DNA of 64,000 nt from Syntrophales bacterium (GTDB lineage Bacteria > Desulfobacterota > Syntrophia > Syntrophales > UBA6807), in contig JAXGPA010000001.1 in the NCBI GenBank assembly GCA_040767195.1, positions 896,001 to 960,000 of the forward strand. Direction: 5' to 3'. This document shows positions 38,752-51,520 of the stretch, piece after piece (the stretch's first letter is position 1; each line of letters opens with the position of its first letter). Both the position numbers and the translations under genes were made by a program. Below the pieces are notes generated by a model. It was not told the origin of the DNA. It saw only the letters and a program-made list of their open reading frames with translations, and searched no databases.

Positions 38752-39166
38752 CGCAGATCACCCGTCCCTTCCATCCCGTCCCGGTTCGGACGACATCCAG
38801 GCCGTGGTAGGTCACGGCCTTTATTTCCATCTCCATCCGGTGCCTTTGGGGATCGAAAAACTCGCCTCTCCCGGTCCCCGTGACCCGGTATTCCGCCAGG
38901 TCTTCTATTGTAAAATCCCGGAACAGCACGCCTTCGGCGGAGGCCCTGTAGAGAACCTCCCGGAGCAGGTTCACGAGAAGGTCGTCCCACGCGGTCCCGT
39001 CCACGGAAAACCGCCAGGTACGCTCCGGCCGGACGGCCTCGAGATCGGTCATGAGATCGAAGAGGGCGTGGACACCGTTTTGCAGAAGTTCCCCGGGGTC
39101 CGCCCCGAAAATCTCGATTCCCAGGTCGGCGGTGTGCTCGAAAAGACGGTACCTGGGGAAGTCCAA
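38744..39166 (-). CDS. Archease
   Basis: EHTADLG, EIKAVTYH, C-terminal DV; overlaps the rtcB start. Confidence 0.92.
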
Positions 39167-39169
39167 CGC

Positions 39170-41683
39170 TCATTCCTCCAAAAGATCGGCTTCCGGGGGC
39201 AGATCCTCTTCATTCATGATATCTGTCGTTATCTCAAGGTCTTCTCTGTCGTCTTCGGATCCACGCTCTACCCGGACCACGCCGACAATCGTCTCGTTTT
39301 CCGTGAGGTCCATGAGCTTGATGCCCTGCGTGCCCCGGTGGAGGAGGGAAATTTCGTTTACCCGGAGACGGATGATCTGCCCGCTGTTCGTCAGGAGAAT
39401 CACATCCTCGTCGCCCGTCACCTGGCGGACACCGGCGATGAGGCCCACCCGGGGAACGGTCTTCAGGTTGATGATCCCCCGGCCGCCCCTTCCCTGGCGC
39501 CGGTATTCGGAAACGTCCGTCTTCTTGCCGAATCCCTTCTCGGTGACCGTGAGGATGTCGTGCATGTCTCCCACCGTTTCCATGGCCACGACGAAGTCCT
39601 CTTTTTCCATGGTGATGCCGATGACGCCTCGCCCCGTCCGGCCTATGGGACGGACGTCCGTTTCCCGGAACCGGATGGCCTTCCCCTGCTTCGTTCCCAG
39701 CAGAATGTCCTGGGTCCCGTCGGTGAGCTTCACGGCGATGAGTTCGTCGTCCTCGTCGATGGTGATGGCAATGATGCCCGTGGATCGGGGATTGGAATAG
39801 GCGGCCAGGTCCGTTTTTTTGACGATACCCTTCCGGGTGCTGAAAAGGACGTATTTCCCGTCCTCGAAGTCGCGGACAGGCAAAATGGCAGCCACCCGCT
39901 CGTCCCGGACCAGCTCGATGAGATTGACAACGGCTTTTCCCCTGGCCATCCGCCCCGCCTGGGGGATCTGGTGAACCTTGAGCCAGTGGACCCTTCCCTT
40001 GCTCGTGAAGAAAAGGACGAAACTGTGCGTGGAAGCGACGAAAATCTTTTCGACGAAATCGTCTTCCCGGGTGATCATCCCCATCCTTCCCCTGCCGCCA
40101 CGATGCTGGCTCCGGTAAAGACTCACGGCGTTTCTCTTGATGTACCCCTGGTGCGAGACGGTGACCACCATGTCCTCTTCCACGATGAGGTCCTCCACGG
40201 TGATGTCGTCGCTTCCCGAAACGATTTCCGTTCTTCGGTCGTCTCCGTATCGTTTCTTGATGTCTTCCAACTCGCCGACAATGATATCCAGGATCTTGCC
40301 CGGGTCGGCCAGGATACCTTCCAGTTTTTCCACCAGCTGTTTCGTCTCGCCGTGTTCCTCCAGGATCTTGTCCCGTTCAAGGTTGGTGAGCCTCTGGAGC
40401 CGCATTTCCAGAATGGCCCGGGCCTGGACGACGGTGAGACCGAAACGGTTGCACAGGGCCGTCGACGCTTCCTGCGGGTTGGGCGATTTTTTGATCGTCT
40501 CGATGACCCGGTCGATGTTTTCCAGGGCGATCCTCAACCCTTCCAGGATGTGGAGGCGCTCTCTCGCCCGGCTCAATTCGAAAACGGTTCTCCGGGTGAC
40601 CACCTCTTTCCTGAAATCGACGAATCGTTCCAGGACCTCCTTCAGGTTCAGGGTCTTGGGCTGCCCCCGGTCGATGACCATCATGTTGATCCCGAAGGTG
40701 GCCTCCATCTGGGTGTGCTTGTAAAGCTGGTTCAGGATGACGCCGGCCACCTCGTCCTTTTTGAGGTCCATGACGATCCGCATGCCTTCACGGTCCGACT
40801 CGTCCCTGAGATCGGAAATGCCGCTTATTTTTTTCTCCTTGACGAGATCGGAGATGCGCTCCACCAGGGTGGCCTTGTTGACCATGTAGGGGAGTTCCGT
40901 GATGATGATGCTTTCCCGGTCGTTCCTCGAATTGCGCTCGATGAGGGACCGGGCGCGCATGCGGATGATGCCCCGCCCCGTCCGGTAGGCCGCGAGGATT
41001 CCCTCCCGCCCGTTGATGTACCCGGCCGTGGGAAAATCGGGCCCGTGTATGTGCGTCATGAGCTGTTCCACGGTGATCGCCGGGTCCCGGATGAGAGCCA
41101 TCGTGCCGTCCAGAACTTCCCGCAGGTTGTGAGGCGGGATGTTGGAGGCCACGCCGACGGCAATGCCTGCGCCGCCGTTCAGGAGAAGAAGGGGAATCCT
41201 GGCCGGAAGAATGGCCGGCTCCATGAGCGTGTTATCGTAATTCGGCGAAAAATTTACGGTTTCCTTGTCCAGGTCTTCCAGAAGTTCCTCGGCGATGCGG
41301 GCCATTCGTATTTCCGTGTACCGCATGGCCGCCGGCGGGTCGCCGTCAATGGAGCCGAAATTCCCCTGGCCGTCAACCAGGGGATAACGCATAGCGAAAT
41401 CCTGGGCCATGCGGACAATGGTGTCGTAGGCCGCCGAATCCCCGTGAGGATGGTACTTGCCGATGATGTCCCCGACAATGCGGGCTGATTTTTTGTAGGG
41501 CCTGTTCCACCGGTTTCCCAGTTCGTGCATGGCGTAGAGCACCCGGCGATGGACCGGCTTGAGCCCGTCCCGGACATCGGGGATGGCCCGGCCGACAATG
41601 ACGCTCATGGCGTAGTCCATGTAGGACTTCTTCATCTCGTCTTCAATGTCCACGGGAACGTTGCGCTGATAGGTCAATTCCAT
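39170..41683 (-). CDS. gyrA: DNA gyrase subunit A
   Basis: [23 protein letters not shown], GyrA-box QHRGGRG. Confidence 0.97.
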   Translation of the reverse strand: MELTYQRNVPVDIEDEMKKSYMDYAMSVIVGRAIPDVRDGLKPVHRRVLYAMHELGNRWNRPYKKSARIVGDIIGKYHPHGDSAAYDTIVRMAQDFAMRYPLVDGQGNFGSIDGDPPAAMRYTEIRMARIAEELLEDLDKETVNFSPNYDNTLMEPAILPARIPLLLLNGGAGIAVGVASNIPPHNLREVLDGTMALIRDPAITVEQLMTHIHGPDFPTAGYINGREGILAAYRTGRGIIRMRARSLIERNSRNDRESIIITELPYMVNKATLVERISDLVKEKKISGISDLRDESDREGMRIVMDLKKDEVAGVILNQLYKHTQMEATFGINMMVIDRGQPKTLNLKEVLERFVDFRKEVVTRRTVFELSRARERLHILEGLRIALENIDRVIETIKKSPNPQEASTALCNRFGLTVVQARAILEMRLQRLTNLERDKILEEHGETKQLVEKLEGILADPGKILDIIVGELEDIKKRYGDDRRTEIVSGSDDITVEDLIVEEDMVVTVSHQGYIKRNAVSLYRSQHRGGRGRMGMITREDDFVEKIFVASTHSFVLFFTSKGRVHWLKVHQIPQAGRMARGKAVVNLIELVRDERVAAILPVRDFEDGKYVLFSTRKGIVKKTDLAAYSNPRSTGIIAITIDEDDELIAVKLTDGTQDILLGTKQGKAIRFRETDVRPIGRTGRGVIGITMEKEDFVVAMETVGDMHDILTVTEKGFGKKTDVSEYRRQGRGGRGIINLKTVPRVGLIAGVRQVTGDEDVILLTNSGQIIRLRVNEISLLHRGTQGIKLMDLTENETIVGVVRVERGSEDDREDLEITTDIMNEEDLPPEADLLEE

Positions 41684-41777
41684 GGAAAGTCACTCCTGTT
41701 GAAATATCGGCCTCTGATGGGGTTCGTCATGTCGCCGACGGTCCGAAAAAAATCGCTTTCAGACTGTTTCGGGTTCT

Positions 41778-44204
<2,427 letters not shown>

Positions 44205-45296
44205 TTATTCCCTCAACGGCATGACCAGGGACTTGTAACTCTTGTCTTCTTTCCCGGAAATAACGCCCGGCCGGTCTCCCTCTCGTATGTCCCCCACGAC
44301 ATTCTCTTCGTCCACCCCTTCGACGGCGTCGATGAGGTAACGGACATTGTAAGTGACCGAAAATTCCCCGCCGTCATAATCGATGTCTATCTCCTCGTTC
44401 GCCTCCCCCACATCGGGATTCGTCGAGTGAAGTTCGAGCTTTCCAGGGCTCACTTTCAGTATGACCCCCGTGAAATCCTCATTGGAAACGACGTTCATCC
44501 GCTTGAGCGAAGCAATTATTATATCTCTTTTCAGGATAATTTTCATCCCCTCGTCAACGGGAAAAACCCTCTCGTAATCCGGATATTCGGCATTGATCAG
44601 ATGAATCCTGAGGTAACTTTTTTCATGGCGGAAAAAACAGGCCCTTTCGCGAATTCCCATTTCCAGGACCCCCTCGCGACCTTCCACGAAACGACGGACT
44701 TCCGCCACGGCCCTGCGGGGCATGATAACCCCATCTATGGCGACCCCTTCCGGCGCTTCCTTTTCGACCATGGACAGCCTGTTCCCATCGGTGGACACCA
44801 TGCGTATCCGACCATCCCGCGTGTGAAGAAAGGCGCCGCAGAGATAAGGCCTCAATTCGTCTGTTCCGATGGTGGCAAAGGTCTTTCGAATCATTCCCGA
44901 GAGCATCGATGATTCCAGCGCAAAGTCTGGTTCTTCCTCGACCAGCACGGTGGGGAACTGGTCCGCATCGAGTCCCGGCAGGCGATACATGACCTTTCCA
45001 CAGATCACGTCTACCCGGTTGTTCTCCGGTCTACGAATCACGACCTCCCGACCTTCCCCCTCTCGAACCATTTCGTATATTTTACGAGCATTTACAAGAA
45101 CAGTTCCCGCCGTTTCGACCTTAGCGGGATAGCTGGCAACCAGCCCGATTTCCCTGTCCGTCGCTGTGATCCGGATTTCATCATCCCCGGATTCCAGCAA
45201 AAGATTGTTCAAAATGTCCAGTCCGGCTTTTCCCACAATGGAGAGCGTCCGTTGAATCCCTTCAAGAAAAACATTTCTTTCCACAGTCAGTTCCAT
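44205..45296 (-). CDS. dnaN: DNA polymerase III beta sliding clamp
   Basis: ATDREIG, STDGNRL, YPDYERV, C-terminal VMPLR; follows dnaA. Confidence 0.95.
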   Translation of the reverse strand: MELTVERNVFLEGIQRTLSIVGKAGLDILNNLLLESGDDEIRITATDREIGLVASYPAKVETAGTVLVNARKIYEMVREGEGREVVIRRPENNRVDVICGKVMYRLPGLDADQFPTVLVEEEPDFALESSMLSGMIRKTFATIGTDELRPYLCGAFLHTRDGRIRMVSTDGNRLSMVEKEAPEGVAIDGVIMPRRAVAEVRRFVEGREGVLEMGIRERACFFRHEKSYLRIHLINAEYPDYERVFPVDEGMKIILKRDIIIASLKRMNVVSNEDFTGVILKVSPGKLELHSTNPDVGEANEEIDIDYDGGEFSVTYNVRYLIDAVEGVDEENVVGDIREGDRPGVISGKEDKSYKSLVMPLRE

Positions 45297-45304
45297 CGTT
45301 ATTC

Positions 45305-45420
45305 CTTCCCTTATATTTTATATTCTTTAAGTAGTATTTATAGGGCTTGGTAATCTGTGGATAGCCTGTTTTTTTCTTTTAATAACGGTTTCTTGTTCTC
45401 TTTGGCGTCTGTGGATGAAA
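45305..45420. other. Probable oriC unwinding region (DnaA boxes, trio-like repeats, AT-rich DUE)
   Basis: TGTGGATAG 45356-64 and TGTGGATGA 45410-18; minus strand reads box-GCCC-TATAAATACTAC-AT-rich tract. Confidence 0.7.
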
Positions 45421-46776
45421 TCAGGGGCGCCCCTTGAGGATTTCCTGGATGTCAGCGATAATTTTTTCCGTTTTCGGGTCGTTTTGTGACAGCTTCTGAA
45501 TTTTGCGAAAAGCGTAGATGACCGTGGAGTGATCCTTACCCCCGATACGGTTCCCGATGTCCGGAAAGGAAGCATCGGTAAGGGTTCTGGACAGGTACAT
45601 GGCGATCTGTCTCGGGACGGCCAGGTTCTTGCTTTTCTTTCGGGACTTGATATCGGGAATCTTAAGGCCGAAATAGTCGGCGGTGGCCTTGACGATCTCC
45701 TCGATGTCGTATGGCCGCCTTTCTTCCTGCTTGATCAGTTTTCTGAGGACGGAGTGGGCAAGTTCCATGTCGATTTCTTTGCCTGTCAGGGATGAGTAAG
45801 CCATGAGTCCCGTGAGAAAACCCTCCAGTTCCCGTATATTGGAGTCCGGAGCATGGGTCGCGATGTATCGGGAGACATTCTCCGGAAGGTGGAGATTGTT
45901 TTCCTGTGCCTTTTTTTCGATGATGGCGATCCGGGTTTCGATTTCGGGAGGCTGTATATCCGCAATGAGGCCCCATTCAAAGCGGGACCGCAGTCTTTCC
46001 TCGAGGTTCTGAATGTCCTTGGGAAAGCGGTCGCTGGTTACGACAATCTGCTTTCCCGAGTCATGGAGGGAGTTGAAGGTGTGGAAAAATTCCTCCTGGG
46101 TTCTTTCCTTGCCGGCAATGAACTGGATGTCGTCTATGAGGAGGGAGTCTATTTTCCTGTACTTATCTCGAAATTTCGTCATGCGGTCGTAGCGGATTGA
46201 GTAAATCAGCTCGTTCATGAATTCTTCCGCCGACAGGTACAGAACGGTTTTTTCGGGGTAGAGGTTCAGTGTCTGAAGACCAACAGCATTGAGAAGGTGT
46301 GTCTTTCCAAGCCCTACGCCGCCGTAAATAAAAAGGGGGTTGTATATCCTGGCCGGTTGCTTGGCTACGGCGACCGACGCCGCATGGGCGAACTGGTTGC
46401 AGGAACCGACAACGAACCGGTCGAAACTGTAATTGATGTTGAGACGGGGAGACAGTTTTTGACCGGAGGCGAACGACGGTACCCTGTCGTCTTTTTCCGT
46501 TTTTCGGGTTCGTTTAATTTCTCCCTGAGACTCTTGGGAGGCCCCAACGACAAGGCGGATTTCCACCTCCGTCCCCAGGGCCGTCGACAGGGCTTCCCGG
46601 ATACTCTGCAGGTAGTTTTCCTCGATCCAATCCCTGAAAAAACGATTTGGAACGGACAGTTCAATCGCCTTTCCACTCATTCCGAGAATCCGGATGGGCT
46701 GGATCCAGGTTTCAAAAAGCTGGATATTTATTTTGCCCCGCAGGGATTCCAGTGCTTTTTTCCAGGCCGATTCCAT
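45421..46776 (-). CDS. dnaA: Chromosomal replication initiator DnaA
   Basis: YNPLFIYGGVGLGKTHL, LLIDDIQF, RLRSRFEWGL, GGKDHSTVIYA. Confidence 0.98.
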   Translation of the reverse strand: MESAWKKALESLRGKINIQLFETWIQPIRILGMSGKAIELSVPNRFFRDWIEENYLQSIREALSTALGTEVEIRLVVGASQESQGEIKRTRKTEKDDRVPSFASGQKLSPRLNINYSFDRFVVGSCNQFAHAASVAVAKQPARIYNPLFIYGGVGLGKTHLLNAVGLQTLNLYPEKTVLYLSAEEFMNELIYSIRYDRMTKFRDKYRKIDSLLIDDIQFIAGKERTQEEFFHTFNSLHDSGKQIVVTSDRFPKDIQNLEERLRSRFEWGLIADIQPPEIETRIAIIEKKAQENNLHLPENVSRYIATHAPDSNIRELEGFLTGLMAYSSLTGKEIDMELAHSVLRKLIKQEERRPYDIEEIVKATADYFGLKIPDIKSRKKSKNLAVPRQIAMYLSRTLTDASFPDIGNRIGGKDHSTVIYAFRKIQKLSQNDPKTEKIIADIQEILKGRP

Positions 46777-46779
46777 GTT

Positions 46780-46811
46780 TTATTCACAGTTTTATCCACA
46801 ACTGTGGATCA
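46780..46811. promoter_or_regulatory. Three clustered DnaA boxes immediately upstream of dnaA
   Basis: TTATTCACA 46780-88, TTATCCACA 46792-800, TGTGGATCA 46803-11. Confidence 0.85.
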
Positions 46812-46823
46812 AATGGCATTGTT

Positions 46824-47681
46824 TTATTTTCCTTCCAGCATTTCATCAAGAAGACGCCGGAGGTCGTCATCATTGTGAAAGCGTATCTCGATCCGTCCCC
46901 CTTTGCGTTTTCCCGGCTTTATGCGGACGCGGGTCATGAGCTTTCTGGAGAGCGTCGTTTCCATATCGCTGATGTAGGGGTGAACCACGTTCTTTTTTTC
47001 GGGTGATTTTTTCTCTTTCTCAAATTTGCGGACCAGGGCTTCCGTCTGGCGTACGTTCAGGTTTTTGGAGAGAATTTCACGAAAAGCACGTGTCTGCTCC
47101 TTTTCCGAGGGAAGCACGAGAAGGGCCCGCCCGTGGCCGGCGGAGATCTCTTTTTTGACGAGGCCGTCCCGAATTGGGGCGGGGAGCTTGAGAAGCCTCA
47201 GGAAATTGGAGACGGTGGACCGATCTTTGCCGACCCGGGCGGCGATTTCTTCATGGGAAAGGTGGAACGTGTCGTGAAGGGTCCGATACCCCTGCGCTTC
47301 TTCTACCGGGTTCAGATCTTCTCTCTGAAGATTTTCTATCAGGGTGATCTCCGCCGTCTGTCGGTCATCCACGTCCCGGATTACCACGGGGACCGTTTTC
47401 AGACCCGCCGCCTGGGCGGCCCGCCACCGACGCTCACCGGCGATGATTTCGTAGCCCCGATTCTGCCGTCTCACCAGAATGGGCTGGAGAACGCCGGAAT
47501 CCCGAATCGACGAAGCCAGGCGGGCCTGCTCCTCCGCGTCGTAGTGCCTCCTGGGCTGAAAGCGGTTGGGCTTCAGGTCCTCAATGGCACACAAGTGAAA
47601 CTGGCCGCCCTTTTCCGTGTGATCCAGAAGGTCGGAAAAAATCGCCCCCAGACCGCGTCCAAGGGATTCCTTCTTCGCCAT
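46824..47681 (-). CDS. parB: Chromosome partitioning protein ParB/Spo0J
   Basis: LGRGLGA, NRFQPR, IIAGERRWRA, ENLQREDL, HTH. Confidence 0.95.
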   Translation of the reverse strand: MAKKESLGRGLGAIFSDLLDHTEKGGQFHLCAIEDLKPNRFQPRRHYDAEEQARLASSIRDSGVLQPILVRRQNRGYEIIAGERRWRAAQAAGLKTVPVVIRDVDDRQTAEITLIENLQREDLNPVEEAQGYRTLHDTFHLSHEEIAARVGKDRSTVSNFLRLLKLPAPIRDGLVKKEISAGHGRALLVLPSEKEQTRAFREILSKNLNVRQTEALVRKFEKEKKSPEKKNVVHPYISDMETTLSRKLMTRVRIKPGKRKGGRIEIRFHNDDDLRRLLDEMLEGK

Positions 47682-48455
47682 CTAAGCCCTCCCGTTGTTC
47701 AAGATTTCCCTGGCCAGTTCGAAATATGCCACGGCGCCGCGGGACGTGAGATCGTAAAGCAAAACAGGCAACCCATGGCTCGGGCTTTCGGAAAGACGGA
47801 CATTACGAGGGATTACCGTCTGAAAAACCTGTTTCCCGAAATATTTTCGAACTTCCTCTTCCACCCGATGGGAAAGGCGGTTTCTCGTATCGAACATGGT
47901 CAGAAGGATCCCGCCGATGGCCAGCTCCGGATTCAGGCGGCCCTGGACCAGTCGAACGGTGTTCATCAGCTGACTCAGCCCCTCCATGGCGAAGTACTCG
48001 CACTGGAGCGGGATGATGAGGAAATCGGAGGCCACGAGTGCGTTGATCGTGAGAAAGCCGAGGGACGGCGGGCAGTCGATGATAATGAAATCATATTCCT
48101 CCGAAAGCTGGGACAGGAGGCCCTTCATCCTGCGTTCCCGATCGGGCAGGCGGACGAATTCTACCTCTACGCCGATAAGGTCCTGGTTCGCGGGAACCAC
48201 GGAAAGGGCCGGCAGGGGGGAGGGATGAAGGGTATCCGAGAGTGGAATTTTACCGATCAGGGCCTGATAAAGGTTCTTTTTCTGTACCTGGGAGCGGTCG
48301 ATGCCCACGCCGCTGGACGTGTTGCCTTGCGGATCGCTGTCGATAAGGAGCGTCTTTTTTTCCGCGGCGGCGAGAGACGCGGCAAGATTGATCGCCGTGG
48401 TGGTTTTACCCACACCGCCCTTCTGGTTGGCAATCGCAAATATTTTTTTTCTCAT
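47682..48455 (-). CDS. parA: Chromosome partitioning ATPase ParA/Soj
   Basis: NQKGGVGKTT, DPQGN, DCPPSLG, QCEYFAMEG, IPRNVRLSESPSHG. Confidence 0.95.
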   Translation of the reverse strand: MRKKIFAIANQKGGVGKTTTAINLAASLAAAEKKTLLIDSDPQGNTSSGVGIDRSQVQKKNLYQALIGKIPLSDTLHPSPLPALSVVPANQDLIGVEVEFVRLPDRERRMKGLLSQLSEEYDFIIIDCPPSLGFLTINALVASDFLIIPLQCEYFAMEGLSQLMNTVRLVQGRLNPELAIGGILLTMFDTRNRLSHRVEEEVRKYFGKQVFQTVIPRNVRLSESPSHGLPVLLYDLTSRGAVAYFELAREILNNGRA

Positions 48456-48535
48456 ATTTTTCAGGATGTTGATCGTGACAGCCGGGATCACGAAAGGTAA
48501 GCGAAGATTAGCATAAAATATCTTTTTTTAGAAGA

Positions 48536-49291
48536 TCAAAGTTCAAGGTCCGGCTTCTCCCCTCCAGCCCCCCGGAAAACGAGAAGATGCCGTTCTTCCT
48601 GGGAAAAGGGAAGAGAAAGGGTGACCTGTCTCACCAGGGCAAGGTTTTTTTCGAAAACGGTTTTTTCGGCGTTTTCGATTTCTTCCCGGACCGATCGGCC
48701 CTTCATGGCGATAATGGCGCCCGTCTCCTTGACAAAGGAACTGGAACGCTCGAGGAAGCGGGCCAGGGGAAAGACCGCCCTGGAAACAACGACGTCAAAG
48801 GCGTTCCTGTGGATGCCCCGGGAAATCCAGTCTTCGATCCGGGCCTGCTCCGCCACGATTCCGTCAAGGCTGAAATGACGGATCATTTCCTTGAGAAAGG
48901 ACTGTTTTTTTCGGGAGGAGTCTACGAGAACGACGTAAGCGTCAGGTCTGACCATTTTCAGGGGAATTCCCGGGAGACCCGCCCCGGTCCCCATGTCGAG
49001 CAGGGCAAACGGCTTCCGGGGCAGAAGGGGGAGGACGGTCAGGGAATCGAGAAAATGGCGGACGGCGAGATCCCCTATCGTGTCCGCCGAGACAAGATTG
49101 ACCGATCGGTTCCAGAAGAGTATTTCCTGCCCGTAGCCACGGAGCATCTCCACGGTCTTTTTTTCCATGGTCAGACCTAGCGACGAGGCTCCCTCCATGA
49201 GGAGCGCCTCGAAGGAACGTTTCAAATCTTGACTTTCCGGCATGATCCCATTATGCACTTTTCTTACGCCGTCGTGAGCGTTTTCGTTCAT
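48536..49291 (-). CDS. rsmG: 16S rRNA m7G527 methyltransferase RsmG (GidB)
   Basis: WNRSVNL, HFLDSL, DMGTGAGLPG, VSRA; start may be 49243. Confidence 0.92.
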   Translation of the reverse strand: MNENAHDGVRKVHNGIMPESQDLKRSFEALLMEGASSLGLTMEKKTVEMLRGYGQEILFWNRSVNLVSADTIGDLAVRHFLDSLTVLPLLPRKPFALLDMGTGAGLPGIPLKMVRPDAYVVLVDSSRKKQSFLKEMIRHFSLDGIVAEQARIEDWISRGIHRNAFDVVVSRAVFPLARFLERSSSFVKETGAIIAMKGRSVREEIENAEKTVFEKNLALVRQVTLSLPFSQEERHLLVFRGAGGEKPDLEL

Positions 49292-49335
49292 TATCAGAAT
49301 AACGTTTTTTACAGACCCCCAGCGGGTTTATTACC

Positions 49336-50085
49336 ATGGTGAAGAATTCAAGGGCAAGGCTCGAAAACATCAGCATCGTTCTGAACAGGCCGAAGTACGG
49401 TGGGAATATCGGTTCCGCCGCCCGGTGCGCCATGAACATGGGCATCGAAAAACTCATCGTGGTGGGCCATCCGGAGCCCGACAGCGAAGCCATGAAACAG
49501 ATGGCCACCCATGTGGCGGCTCCCGTGGTGGACGGAATCCGCTATTTCGACGCCCTTTCGGAAGCCCTCGGGGCGTTTCGCTATGTTGTGGGAACGACGG
49601 CCCGGAGGGGACACTCGACCCTCCGGAGCGTCATGGTGGAGCCCCGGGAGATGGGGAGGACGGTGGCGGAACTCTCCATGAACAACGAAATCGCCCTTCT
49701 CTTCGGTCCCGAGGACCGGGGCCTGACGAACGAGGAGCTTCGGCACTGCCATCTCCTGGTTTCCATTCCCGCCTCCGATCGTTTTCGCTCCCTCAACCTC
49801 TCCCATGCCGTCATGATCCTCTGCTACGAGATCTTCAGCGCCTCATTGCCCCGATTGGCGTCCTTCACCCCCCGGCTCGCCACGTCGGGCGAACTGGAAG
49901 ACATGTACGCCCACCTGAAAGACACCCTCCTGGCGATCGATTTCATCCGGGAAGACAACCCGGAATACGGGATGATCGCCCTCCGCCGGTTTCTCTCCCG
50001 GGTCCGTCTTTATTCCAAGGATGTCAAGATCATCCGGGGCATCTGCCGGCAGCTCGGGTGGTTCGCCGGGAAACAAAAGTCTTGA
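49336..50085 (+). CDS. trmJ: TrmJ/LasT-family SPOUT RNA methyltransferase
   Basis: GNIGSAAR, GTTAR, FGPEDRGLTNEEL, SLNLSHAV. Confidence 0.88.
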   Translation: MVKNSRARLENISIVLNRPKYGGNIGSAARCAMNMGIEKLIVVGHPEPDSEAMKQMATHVAAPVVDGIRYFDALSEALGAFRYVVGTTARRGHSTLRSVMVEPREMGRTVAELSMNNEIALLFGPEDRGLTNEELRHCHLLVSIPASDRFRSLNLSHAVMILCYEIFSASLPRLASFTPRLATSGELEDMYAHLKDTLLAIDFIREDNPEYGMIALRRFLSRVRLYSKDVKIIRGICRQLGWFAGKQKS

Positions 50086-50160
50086 CATTCCCCCGGTGCG
50101 GCCATAATAAAGACAGTTTAAATAACAGGGTTTTTCCCTGATGACCGTTCAGGAGGTTTC

Positions 50161-51489
50161 ATGGACAAAGTCACCGCAGAGCAGGTATTGCGGACAGTCA
50201 AGGAAAAAAATATCCATTTCATCCAGTTCTGGTTTACCGATGTCCTGGGCATGCTGAAGAGCTTTTCCGTGTCGCCGTCGGAACTGGAAACGGCCCTCCA
50301 GGAAGGCATGGGGTTCGACGGATCCTCCATCGAGGGGTTTGCCAGGATCGAGGAAAGCGACATGATCGCCATGCCCGACCCCGCCACTTTCACCGTCATT
50401 CCCTGGCTGGATCAGAACGGGTCGGTCGCCCGGGTCTTCTGCGACATCGTCAATCCCGACCTGACCCCCTATGACGGGGACCCCCGGTACGCCCTCAAGA
50501 AAATGATCAAGCGGGCCGCGGACAAGGGATACACATTTTTCGTCGGTCCCGAGCTGGAGTATTTTTATTTCACGGGCAACCAGTCTCCGGAGATCCTGGA
50601 CCGGGGCGGCTACTTCGACATGTCTCCTTCCGACCTGGGCGGGGACATCCGCCGGGCCACGGTGAAAACGCTGCAGCAGATGGGAATCACCGTGGAATAC
50701 AGCCACCACGAGGTAGCCCAGAGCCAGCATGAAATCGACCTCCGGTACGGTGACGCCCTCAAGATGGCCGACACGGTCATGACCTCCCGCATCACCGTCA
50801 AGGAAATAGCCGGTAAATTTGGCATGTACGCCACCTTCATGCCGAAACCCATTCTGGGACAGAACGGGAGCGGCATGCACGTCCACCAGTCCCTTTTCCG
50901 GGGGGAAAACAACGCCATGTACGATCCCTCCGATGCCTTTCATCTTTCCGACATGGCGAAGCACTACATCGCCGGCCTCCTCAAGCACGCCCGGGAAATC
51001 ACCGCCGTGACGAGCCAGTGGGTCAATTCCTACAAGAGGCTCGTCCCGGGTTACGAGGCGCCGGTCTACATTTCTTGGGCCCGGCGGAACCGGTCCACCC
51101 TGGTCCGGGTACCCATGTACAAGCCGGGTAAGGAAAAGGCCACGAGAATCGAGTACCGGAGCCCGGACCCGTCGTGCAATCCCTACCTGACCTTCGCGGT
51201 CATGCTTGCCGCCGGCCTGGAGGGGATCGAGAAAAAATATCCCCTGCCGGCGCCGGTGGAAGAGGACATTTACACCATGCCGCCGGAAAAGCGGAAAAAG
51301 AAAAAGATTTACGACCTGCCTGGTAGCCTTGTCGAGGCCGTCCAGGAAGTGGAAAAAAGCCGGGTTGTCCGGGACGCCCTGGGAGAGCATATATTCAAGA
51401 AATTCATCGAGAACAAGCGGGTGGAATGGGATCTTTACCGGATGCACGTCTCCCGGTTTGAAATCGACAAATACCTTCCGATCCTGTGA
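50161..51489 (+). CDS. glnA: Glutamine synthetase type I
   Basis: FDGSSIEGF, GPELEY, HHEVA..QHEI, TFMPKP..G.NGSGMH, KRLVPGYEAP, RIEYRSPD. Confidence 0.9.
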   Translation: MDKVTAEQVLRTVKEKNIHFIQFWFTDVLGMLKSFSVSPSELETALQEGMGFDGSSIEGFARIEESDMIAMPDPATFTVIPWLDQNGSVARVFCDIVNPDLTPYDGDPRYALKKMIKRAADKGYTFFVGPELEYFYFTGNQSPEILDRGGYFDMSPSDLGGDIRRATVKTLQQMGITVEYSHHEVAQSQHEIDLRYGDALKMADTVMTSRITVKEIAGKFGMYATFMPKPILGQNGSGMHVHQSLFRGENNAMYDPSDAFHLSDMAKHYIAGLLKHAREITAVTSQWVNSYKRLVPGYEAPVYISWARRNRSTLVRVPMYKPGKEKATRIEYRSPDPSCNPYLTFAVMLAAGLEGIEKKYPLPAPVEEDIYTMPPEKRKKKKIYDLPGSLVEAVQEVEKSRVVRDALGEHIFKKFIENKRVEWDLYRMHVSRFEIDKYLPIL

Positions 51490-51520
51490 CATTGCCTGCT
51501 CAGGCGGGAAAGGAACCCAT

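Noticed and set aside
46824..49291. parS site expected near parAB
   Set aside because: No match to the TGTTTCACGTGAAACA-type palindrome was spotted by eye; a motif scan is needed to exclude a degenerate one
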